Positions 36,527 through 44,229 of a stretch of 44,229 nt of DNA are shown one piece after another (the first letter of the stretch is position 1; each line of letters starts with the position of its first letter). The notes beneath the pieces are model-generated. The model was not told the origin of the DNA, searched no databases, and was given only the letters and a program-made list of their open reading frames with translations. The DNA lies in assembly GCA_051747585.1 (NCBI GenBank), contig JBNJGH010000019.1, positions 1-44,229 on the forward strand, read 5' to 3'. This stretch comes from Candidatus Rifleibacteriota bacterium. GTDB taxonomy: Bacteria; Muiribacteriota; Ozemobacteria; Ozemobacterales; Ozemobacteraceae. The position numbers were made by a program, and so were the translations under genes.

Positions 36527-37858
36527 TTAGTCTTCTACCATTTCAAGCAGCTCAATTTCAGCCTCTTCTTCTATACCTTCTTCTGCTTTCTGCTCATTGA
36601 TTAAGCCAATTATAATGGCAGCCAACAAATTCGGGTTATGTCTGACCAGATCTGACTCGAGCAGCAGGTCAGTGGCAACAACCCTGATTCCCAGATCTTC
36701 TACTTTCTTGACTGTTGGTGGAACCCAGTATTGCCGTTTAGCTTCATAACGTGACATTAAAGGTTTTGCCGCTCTACGAGAATTAACAATTACGATATCA
36801 ATGCGCTTAAGTTCTGTTTTATCGAGAATAGCCCTTACATGATCGTAAGCGCTGAAAGAATCTGTTTCTCCCGGTTGGGTCATGACATTGCAGATGTAAA
36901 CGACCTTAGCTGTTGCCTGGTTAATTTTATCAGCAACTCCAGGCACAAGAAGATTGGGAATTATACTGGTATAAAGGCTTCCGGGACCCAGAACTATGAT
37001 GTGGGCATCTTCGATTGAGCTTAGAGCCTCGGGATTTGCCTGGGGCATATCAGGTATAAGTGCAATAGATTTTATTCTTTTCCCCGTATTGCTGATTGAG
37101 GTCTCGCCCACAATTTCGCTGTCATCGGCAAATCTGGCAGATAACTGCACATTATCGGTGGTTACTGGAATAACATGACCTTTAATAGCTAGAATATTGC
37201 TGGCTTCTCTGACCGCATTGCCGAAATCACCCATCACCTCTGTCATTGCGGCAATAAAAAGGTTGCCGAAGCTGTGCCCTTCAATGTCGCCACCTTCACC
37301 AAATCTGTATTGAAACAATTTTGACAACAAACTTTCTGAACGCGACAAGGCAACAAGACAGTTTCTTATGTCGCCCGGGGGCAAAATCTGCAAATCTTTG
37401 CGCAAACGCCCGGAAGAACCGCCATCATCTGTAACGGTAACAATAGCAGTCAAATCGACGGGAAGTTCTTTTAACCCCTTGAGCAGAGAACTTAGACCGG
37501 TTCCTCCACCCAGAGCAACCATAGAAAGTTGTTTTTCATGCACTGCACTGCGTTTAAAAACAAACTCACGTAGTCTGGTAGAAAGACCGTAATCTCGACT
37601 GTCGAGAATTTTAAAAGCAGTTCTAAAACCTCTATAAAGCCAGAAAGAACTGATTAAAAAAGCCGAAAGAGCAGAAAGACCAAGAGCAAGCGGATGAAAA
37701 CTACGCACGGTTTCAATACTGGCAGGTGCCAGAACTATGGTAGCCAACGAAGCGAAAACAAAGCCAAAACACATCATAAAAAGGCCAAGCAGCAGATAAG
37801 CTACCCATCGCCGGGCCCTGATTTCGTGGCTGAGTTTTTTACGCAGCTTAAGAAGCAT
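36527..37858 (-). CDS. yvcK: YvcK/GlmR family protein with N-terminal TM helices
   Basis: GGGTGLS, TDDGGSSG, PPGDIRN, GHSFGNL, GPGSLYTS, NVMTQPGET. Confidence 0.95.
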   Translation of the reverse strand: MLLKLRKKLSHEIRARRWVAYLLLGLFMMCFGFVFASLATIVLAPASIETVRSFHPLALGLSALSAFLISSFWLYRGFRTAFKILDSRDYGLSTRLREFVFKRSAVHEKQLSMVALGGGTGLSSLLKGLKELPVDLTAIVTVTDDGGSSGRLRKDLQILPPGDIRNCLVALSRSESLLSKLFQYRFGEGGDIEGHSFGNLFIAAMTEVMGDFGNAVREASNILAIKGHVIPVTTDNVQLSARFADDSEIVGETSISNTGKRIKSIALIPDMPQANPEALSSIEDAHIIVLGPGSLYTSIIPNLLVPGVADKINQATAKVVYICNVMTQPGETDSFSAYDHVRAILDKTELKRIDIVIVNSRRAAKPLMSRYEAKRQYWVPPTVKKVEDLGIRVVATDLLLESDLVRHNPNLLAAIIIGLINEQKAEEGIEEEAEIELLEMVED

Positions 37859-38782
37859 TTACATCTCTCCGGCCATCTTAGCTCTTAATTTACTCGAAAA
37901 TTTATCAGCACTTAAAATTCCCATTCGTCGCAAATAAAAATTCATCGCCGCTGTTTCAATTACCACGGCAAGGTTTCTTCCTTCGCGAACAGGAATTGTG
38001 GTACTGGGTATTTCAACCTTTAAAAATTTTACCTTTCGTTGCAAGATACCAAGGCGATCGTATTCTTTGTCATCATCCCATTTTTCAAGGTTGATAACCA
38101 TATCTAACGGCTTTTCGTCAGCCGTTGCCGCTATACCAAAAAGTGAGCGTATATCTATAATGCCCAGTCCACGTATTTCCATGTGGTGGGCAATCATTTC
38201 ATCGGGCGAGCCAACCACCTTTGTGTCACTGATTTTCATTAACTGAACCGCATCATCGGCAACCAGCCGATGTCCACGTTTAATAAGTTCGAGAGCACAC
38301 TCGCTTTTGCCGATTCCAGAGGTTCCCATTATTAGTATTCCAACCCCGTAAACCTCAACAAACACACCATGAACACTTTTTCTCGGAGCAAAACGGTTAT
38401 ATAAATAACGTGATAACTGATAAATAAATTCTCCGGTTTTGCCCTCTGTTCTCAGCAGTGGAATCTCTTTTTGACTGCATAATTTAACCAACTCGTCAGG
38501 CACCAGCAAATCATCAGTAATAATAATGCAGGGAATATTAAAAAACAACAGCTGGCGCAATCTTACTTTTCGCGTTTCTGCAGGCTGCTCACCAAGGTAA
38601 GCAAGTTCAGTACGACCAAGTATTATAATTCGCTCATAACCGAAGTGCTCAAAAAAACCAGCCAGCTCAAGACCAGGCCGATGAACCTCGGCAGAAATCA
38701 CCTTCCGGTCAAGCCCTTCCTCACCGGCTAGAACCGCCAGGTTCTGATCTTTAACTATTTCTCTGACTAATATAAGAGCCAT
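37859..38782 (-). CDS. hprK: HPr kinase/phosphorylase
   Basis: RPGLELAG, GTSGIGKSE, GHRLVADD, EIRGLGII, GRNLA. Confidence 0.97.
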   Translation of the reverse strand: MALILVREIVKDQNLAVLAGEEGLDRKVISAEVHRPGLELAGFFEHFGYERIIILGRTELAYLGEQPAETRKVRLRQLLFFNIPCIIITDDLLVPDELVKLCSQKEIPLLRTEGKTGEFIYQLSRYLYNRFAPRKSVHGVFVEVYGVGILIMGTSGIGKSECALELIKRGHRLVADDAVQLMKISDTKVVGSPDEMIAHHMEIRGLGIIDIRSLFGIAATADEKPLDMVINLEKWDDDKEYDRLGILQRKVKFLKVEIPSTTIPVREGRNLAVVIETAAMNFYLRRMGILSADKFSSKLRAKMAGEM

Positions 38783-38838
38783 TTCTGTAGCTGCCTTTCA
38801 ACTTGTTTGTTATTAGTGAATATAACAGAAAAACGCCA

Positions 38839-40035
38839 TTACAGAAAGCGGTTCATTTCATAAACGGGCAAAAGAACCCCGACCATAATAGCTCCAACAA
38901 CCGAACCCATTACTACTATCAGCAATGGCTCGAGAATATTCAGAAATAATTCGGTTAAAACTTTATTTTCCGCTTCAAGTTCATCAGCGGCCGAATGAAG
39001 CATACCCGCGAGCTCTCCGGAAGCTTCGCCGGCTTCGATCATCTGTCTTAAAAAGACGGGAAAAAATTGGGCATTTTTTAATGCTTCTGAAAAAGAACTC
39101 CCATGTTCGAGCGACTTTTCTACTGAATCTAAAGCCTCACGCTGCAATATAGATTCTTGATTCTGTTCAAGTACTCTTACAGATTCAAGTAAGGTTACGC
39201 CACAATCGATCATCATCGCGGTGTTTCTTGCCCAGCTTTCCATACGCATACCCAGAATAAAACGGCCACATACGGGTATTTTGAGCAACATTTTTTCCCA
39301 ACTCTTTTTTGCCCGATCAAGTTTAAGCACAAAATGAAAAACAATTACTGCCACCAGGCCGCCAAGCCCGACAAAAAGCCAGTAGCGGCTAAAAAAACTA
39401 CTGCAGGCAATAAGCCAGCGCGTTATCCAGGGCAGCTCTCCCTGAACGTCTGAAAACATTTTGGCTACGGTTGGAATTAAATAAACCATTAAAAAAGCCA
39501 GAACCCCTATCGAAATGACCCCAGTAACTGCCGGATATGCAATAGCACCAAGCAGGCGGCGACGATGGTCAATTTCCCGGTCAAGATGCCTGGCAATCTG
39601 CGCGAAAGCAAAATCAAGCTTGCCCGTTGTTTCACCAACTTTAATAACGGCAAGAACCGACGGACTGAAGATGTTACCCAGCTCTGCAATTACCGCTGAC
39701 ATATCACGGCCTTTTTCTATGCCTTCACGCAACTGAACAATAGTAGGTCTTCTGGGTTGCCAGGCCTGTTGAATTTCTAACCCTGCCAGAGCACGGGTAA
39801 GTGGAACCCCGCCTTTGAGAAGAGCTGACAGCTGCCTCGAAAACCTTGCCTGTTCAGAAAGAGTAAAGCTTTTTGAAAAAGTAATGCCTTCGCTTTCTGA
39901 AGCAAGATCGAGTTCGAATGGTGCAAGACCTGACGACTTTACCGCCCCTCTGGCAGCAGCGATATCTTCGGCATCTATGACACCTGAAGTTTCCATACCG
40001 TTCTGATCATAGGCTTTGTATTTAAATAAAGGCAT
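38839..40035 (-). CDS. gspF: Type II secretion platform protein (GspF/PilC family)
   Basis: MPLFKYKA, F.RQLS.LL.GG.PL..AL, GETTGKL, YP, GEASGEL, LEP, three TM helices. Confidence 0.93.
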   Translation of the reverse strand: MPLFKYKAYDQNGMETSGVIDAEDIAAARGAVKSSGLAPFELDLASESEGITFSKSFTLSEQARFSRQLSALLKGGVPLTRALAGLEIQQAWQPRRPTIVQLREGIEKGRDMSAVIAELGNIFSPSVLAVIKVGETTGKLDFAFAQIARHLDREIDHRRRLLGAIAYPAVTGVISIGVLAFLMVYLIPTVAKMFSDVQGELPWITRWLIACSSFFSRYWLFVGLGGLVAVIVFHFVLKLDRAKKSWEKMLLKIPVCGRFILGMRMESWARNTAMMIDCGVTLLESVRVLEQNQESILQREALDSVEKSLEHGSSFSEALKNAQFFPVFLRQMIEAGEASGELAGMLHSAADELEAENKVLTELFLNILEPLLIVVMGSVVGAIMVGVLLPVYEMNRFL

Positions 40036-40037
40036 AA

Positions 40038-41690
40038 TCAGTTACCCTGCCAGCATACTCTTTCTACTTCAGCAATAGAGGTTTGTCCCATTTTAACTTT
40101 TGCAAGTCCGTCTTCATAAAGGCTTCGCATGCCTGCTGCTTTTGAAGCATTTCGAATTTCATCCAATGAAGCATTTCTGCCTATCAAAGCTGCAATTTCT
40201 TCATCAACCATCAGCAGCTCAAAAACCCCGGTTCGTCCTTTGAATCCGGTTTGAGCACAGGCAATACAGCCCGGAGCCTTGTAATAACCGTCTTTACTTT
40301 TAGAAACGCATGAAGAGCAATATCGCCTCAGAAGTCGTTGAGCAAGAACTCCTGTCAAAGTTGAAGCCACCAGATATGGTTCAACATTCATATCTATAAG
40401 TCTTACAGCTGCCGAAGCCGAATCGTTGGTATGCAGTGTCGAAAATACAAGATGTCCGGTTAAACTCGCCTGAATAGCCATGGCAGCGGTTTCAGCATCG
40501 CGTATTTCACCAACGAGAATAACATCGGGATCCTGTCGTAAAATCGAACGCAAACCTGAGGCAAAAGTAAAACCAATCTTGGGTTTGACCGGAATCTGAC
40601 TGGCGCCTTCAAGTTCATATTCAACCGGATCTTCAAGGGTAATAACATTTACGTCAGGGCTGACAATTCTCATTATTGCGCCATAAAGAGTCGTTGTTTT
40701 CCCCGAACCGGTAGGCCCGGTTACCAGCAGAATACCATTGGGTCTATGTATTAACTGATCGAACTGTTTAAGAATATCTTCCTGCATTCCCATCTGTTCA
40801 AGAGTGAGAAGCTCTGATTTTCTGTCGAGCAACCTCATAACAATACGCTCGCCATGAGCACAGGGAACGGAACTGACCCTTATGTCAACCTCACGATCTC
40901 CAAACCTGACTCTGATTTTACCGTCCTGGGGCAGCCTACGCTCTGCAATATCCAGACCCGCCATAATTTTTATTCGTGAAGTAACCGGAGCATGAAGACG
41001 GCGCGGGGGCGAGAACCTGTTAACCAGAACCCCGTCAATACGATATCTTATTTTAAAAGCTTCGGGTGAGAGCTCCAGATGTATATCTGAGGCCCTTTCG
41101 CGCAAGGACTGAAAAATCAGAGTATTGACAAACTTAACCACAGGCGCCTTATTGGCAGATTCGAGTACATCTTCGATTTCAAACTGATCGAGATCTGTAT
41201 CAAAACCGTCTTCTACGCTAATTGTTTCGATCAGTTCATTTGAATCCCTTCCCCTTCCATAGGTTTCATTAAGTATATGCTGAATTCTGACCGGAGGCAT
41301 CACTACTACCTGAATCTGTTTGTTAAAATGCCTGGTAAATTCTTCAAAAACCCCGGCTCTGAACGGATCGGCCGAAAGAACAAAAATATGATATTCGTTC
41401 TGGTAAGCCGGCACGGTCTGAATGCGACGAAGATGTTCGAGAGGGAACTGCTCCAGTAAAGAAGTATCTATGTCACCAATTTCTACATTTTCAAGAAATT
41501 TAAGACCCCATTGTTCAGCTAAAGATTCATACAATGAAGCCTCATTAATCAAACCTGAATCAAAAAGGATTTGACCGATAAGCCTGTTTTCTTCATCGTT
41601 TTGTTGTAGCTTCAAAGCTTCGACAAGATCTGGTTTACCAATCAACTTTTTGTTGATCAGGATTTCCCCGATTTTTTTCCAATTCTTCAT
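40038..41690 (-). CDS. gspE: Type II secretion ATPase (GspE/PilB family)
   Basis: ASDIH, RLPQDG, Walker A GPTGSGKT, EDPVE, LRQDPD, TGHLV, LAQRL, tetra-Cys motif, N-terminal MshEN-like segment. Confidence 0.95.
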   Translation of the reverse strand: MKNWKKIGEILINKKLIGKPDLVEALKLQQNDEENRLIGQILFDSGLINEASLYESLAEQWGLKFLENVEIGDIDTSLLEQFPLEHLRRIQTVPAYQNEYHIFVLSADPFRAGVFEEFTRHFNKQIQVVVMPPVRIQHILNETYGRGRDSNELIETISVEDGFDTDLDQFEIEDVLESANKAPVVKFVNTLIFQSLRERASDIHLELSPEAFKIRYRIDGVLVNRFSPPRRLHAPVTSRIKIMAGLDIAERRLPQDGKIRVRFGDREVDIRVSSVPCAHGERIVMRLLDRKSELLTLEQMGMQEDILKQFDQLIHRPNGILLVTGPTGSGKTTTLYGAIMRIVSPDVNVITLEDPVEYELEGASQIPVKPKIGFTFASGLRSILRQDPDVILVGEIRDAETAAMAIQASLTGHLVFSTLHTNDSASAAVRLIDMNVEPYLVASTLTGVLAQRLLRRYCSSCVSKSKDGYYKAPGCIACAQTGFKGRTGVFELLMVDEEIAALIGRNASLDEIRNASKAAGMRSLYEDGLAKVKMGQTSIAEVERVCWQGN

Positions 41691-41707
41691 TTAAGGGCCA
41701 AACTCTC

Positions 41708-44134
41708 TTAATTAGCTGATCTAAGACGGTCAAAAACATCTAAGGCTTTTTGTTTAAAACGATTCTTTTCGACTTCAAGCTTTTTATTCGATTCTTTTTT
41801 AAGCCTTTCTAATCTTTGTTCCTCCGGCTGTTCCGCTTTTTCCCGATCGAACTGAACTAACTCTTCAGGAGAAGACAAAATGTGAGGAGTAATAAAAACC
41901 AGCAAATTAGTTTTCTGAGTAATAGTTCTTCTGTTTTTAAAAGCCTCGCCAATAAAAGGAATATTTGACAGTAGCGGAACTCTTTCAGTAACTTTTGTTT
42001 TATCTTCGCGCATCAATCCGCCTATTACAATAGTTTTATGATTGGGCACCGAAATAGTCGTATCCATTTGTCTTTTGGTTAAAACCGGAACATTGAATTC
42101 ATAAAGGTTTTCTTCCTGGCGTTTTTTGATTTCCTGATCGATTTTTAAAGTTACCAGCTGGTTTGAATTGACTCTGGGAGTAATGTTCAAAACAATTCCG
42201 ACGTCTTCGTATTTAAAATTAGTCAAATCAAAGCGACCGGTATCGCGATCCTGGGTAAAACCTTGAGGTAAGGCTACTACCTCGCCCACAGATATATTTG
42301 CCTCTTCATTATCGGTAGCAAGAATCTGCGGAGCAGACAATATTTTAAAGTTTGAATTATTTTGATAAGCCTTAACCATAGCTTTTATTTTGCTCAATTC
42401 TGCCAAATCACCTGAAGCAAGCTTTGAGGGGTCTACCGGATCCTGAATAAGTCCAACCTGAAAACCATTATTGCTTAAAGGATTTCCTTTAAGGTCATAA
42501 TTGGTTCCGCCAAAAGCACGCCATTCTGTCCCGTTAAAGTTAAAAACATTCCATTCGATACCAAGGTTATGTGTAAGGTTGCCGCTGACTTCGCTTATAA
42601 GAACTTCAACCAGAATCTGATGCCTCATTACATCCAGAGATTTCAAAATACTTTCGTAGTGAGAAAATTTCTGGGGGGGGCCAGTCATAATTATTGAATT
42701 AGTATGTTCTTCTGCCACGAAACTGATTTTTTCATTTCTGTCGGTGTTTTTGCTCCCCTGGTTGCTTTGCTGAACCAAACGAGCTAAAGTTTCGGCAAGT
42801 GTTTTAGCTTCTGCATTAACTACCCTGACAACTTTTACATCGCTTGCGCCTTCGACCGGAGGTGAATCTAAATAATCCAAGAGCGTTTTGATACGCGTCA
42901 TCATATCTTCAGATCTGGTTGTAACCATAATCGATCTGGTTCTTTTTATTGGCACCAGACGAGTTGTTTCAATGGCCACACTTTCTGAGGCAGATTTATT
43001 GGCGGCTTTTTCAGAAAAACCTAGAATATCTTTTATCTCCTTAACCGTTTCGCTTTCATCGGCATATTTTAATTTAAAAAACTTTGTCAATTCTGGCCTG
43101 GTATCTGTAGACCCCGTATCAAGCCGATCTATCAGACTTCGTATTCGAGAAAAATTATCCGGAGAAGAAAGAATTAACAAATTGTTGCTTCTTTTATCGG
43201 CAATAAAATTCACACCACCTCTAATTTCATCACGCTGAACTCCGCCTTCTGAAATAATTCGTTCGAGTTTCTTTTTCATATCATCGGCAGAAGAAAATTT
43301 GAGAGGAACTATGTCGAGGCCGGGCTCAGACAAACCTTTTTCGAGCTCACGGACAACTTCCAGAGCGCGCTTGATATTTACCGATCTACCGGTCAACACA
43401 ATAGTATTAGACGGAGGGAATAACAGCATGGAAGCATCACGGGGAAGCAGATTCTGCAAAAGTTTTGCCGCTTCTTCAACTGAAGTTCTTTCCAGAGGTA
43501 CTATCTGAGTAATCAAAGTATCGTCATTACTCAATTCAGACAATTCATCTGAAGTTCTAGTCTGGGTACCCGCAACCTTCGCATCACTTAAAGCAACTAT
43601 TTTAAACATTTTACCCGAAGGAACTGCGGTATAACCCCGCACCTGCAAAATAGATTCGAGCATTGCAAGAGATTCTTCTCTGGTTAGAGTTACCGGCGAT
43701 ATAATGGTAACTTCACCGCTTAGAGGCTGATTTATAATAAAACCCCTGCCTGTTTCCTGACTCAGGTAGCGCACAAGACTCATTAGATCTACTGCTTCAA
43801 AGTTTATGGCTATACTGTCATTCCGGTTTCCCTCGGATGGTTCTATTATCTCTGCATCATCAATATTTTCAGATACTTTGACTTTATCACTCGCCTTGCG
43901 ATTGTTAAATCTAATTACCGAAGGTTTCTTTTGACCGGGGGCAACAGCTCTTGAGCCCGAGTCGTTTGCAGAGCCTTGATTTCGTATTAAGGGCACCTTT
44001 TTAAATGGATTTTTCTTTCCCCTTATGACTCTTGTCTGGCCTCCTGACTGAATACTTATCGTTAAAAAAAGAATGACCAGAAAAAATCCGTATATCTTTG
44101 AATAATGCAAAAAATAATTTTTATATAAATACAT
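41708..44134 (-). CDS. gspD: Outer-membrane secretin (GspD)
   Basis: N0 domain (INFEAVDL) and repeated N-domains, then secretin core QILVEVLISEV, LSAPQI, DVGIVLNITP, VPLLSNIPFIG, LLVFITP. Confidence 0.93.
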   Translation of the reverse strand: MYLYKNYFLHYSKIYGFFLVILFLTISIQSGGQTRVIRGKKNPFKKVPLIRNQGSANDSGSRAVAPGQKKPSVIRFNNRKASDKVKVSENIDDAEIIEPSEGNRNDSIAINFEAVDLMSLVRYLSQETGRGFIINQPLSGEVTIISPVTLTREESLAMLESILQVRGYTAVPSGKMFKIVALSDAKVAGTQTRTSDELSELSNDDTLITQIVPLERTSVEEAAKLLQNLLPRDASMLLFPPSNTIVLTGRSVNIKRALEVVRELEKGLSEPGLDIVPLKFSSADDMKKKLERIISEGGVQRDEIRGGVNFIADKRSNNLLILSSPDNFSRIRSLIDRLDTGSTDTRPELTKFFKLKYADESETVKEIKDILGFSEKAANKSASESVAIETTRLVPIKRTRSIMVTTRSEDMMTRIKTLLDYLDSPPVEGASDVKVVRVVNAEAKTLAETLARLVQQSNQGSKNTDRNEKISFVAEEHTNSIIMTGPPQKFSHYESILKSLDVMRHQILVEVLISEVSGNLTHNLGIEWNVFNFNGTEWRAFGGTNYDLKGNPLSNNGFQVGLIQDPVDPSKLASGDLAELSKIKAMVKAYQNNSNFKILSAPQILATDNEEANISVGEVVALPQGFTQDRDTGRFDLTNFKYEDVGIVLNITPRVNSNQLVTLKIDQEIKKRQEENLYEFNVPVLTKRQMDTTISVPNHKTIVIGGLMREDKTKVTERVPLLSNIPFIGEAFKNRRTITQKTNLLVFITPHILSSPEELVQFDREKAEQPEEQRLERLKKESNKKLEVEKNRFKQKALDVFDRLRSAN

Positions 44135-44229
44135 TTTGTCTTCCTCTTGGTTAGCTGCCGAATATTATAACGTACCAGAGCTGAGTTACCAAACAGAGAA
44201 AGTGTTTTATTTATTCGAAGTCTTTTTCT

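Noticed and set aside
44135..44229. 3' end of an upstream gene (..EKDFE-stop at 44211) and a TATAAT before gspD
   Set aside because: Too little sequence to support a CDS call, and no convincing -35 element.

Overview
44-kb window of a bacterial chromosome, moderately AT-rich, standard genetic code. It is mostly core genes: eno, a FabH-like enzyme, secG, cysS-mrnC-rlmB, a tRNA(Thr/Tyr/Thr)-tuf-rpmG-tRNA(Trp)-secE-nusG-rplKAJL block not followed by rpoBC, hpf-ptsN-secA, prfB with a programmed +1 frameshift, hprK-yvcK-whiA and type II secretion/type IV filament genes gspD-gspE-gspF. Firmicute-like gene orders occur together with an outer-membrane secretin, which suggests a deep-branching diderm. 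The gene style resembles Ca. Riflebacteria, but that is inference and was not verified. Accessory content is mostly exported proteins. Five prepilin-like genes are dispersed, including two paralogous PilV-like/PilX-like pairs, one of them inserted between secA and prfB. There is a four-gene cluster of secreted beta-propeller, TPR and large acidic proteins. The best candidate for an undescribed system is a divergent locus (29048-35631): a Tat-signal AmmeMemoRadiSam-type radical SAM enzyme without its usual A/B partners plus an LTxxQ (Spy/CpxP-like) exported protein, facing a prepilin pair translationally coupled to a degenerate spermidine-synthase-like membrane protein. Smaller oddities are a KAS III lacking the His/Asn catalytic pair, a probable CTG/ATT start for whiA, a ~30-aa SecA insertion and a nested repeat mosaic upstream of eno. 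No CRISPR array, rRNA, integrase or transposase was seen. All family calls come from motif recognition, not database searches.
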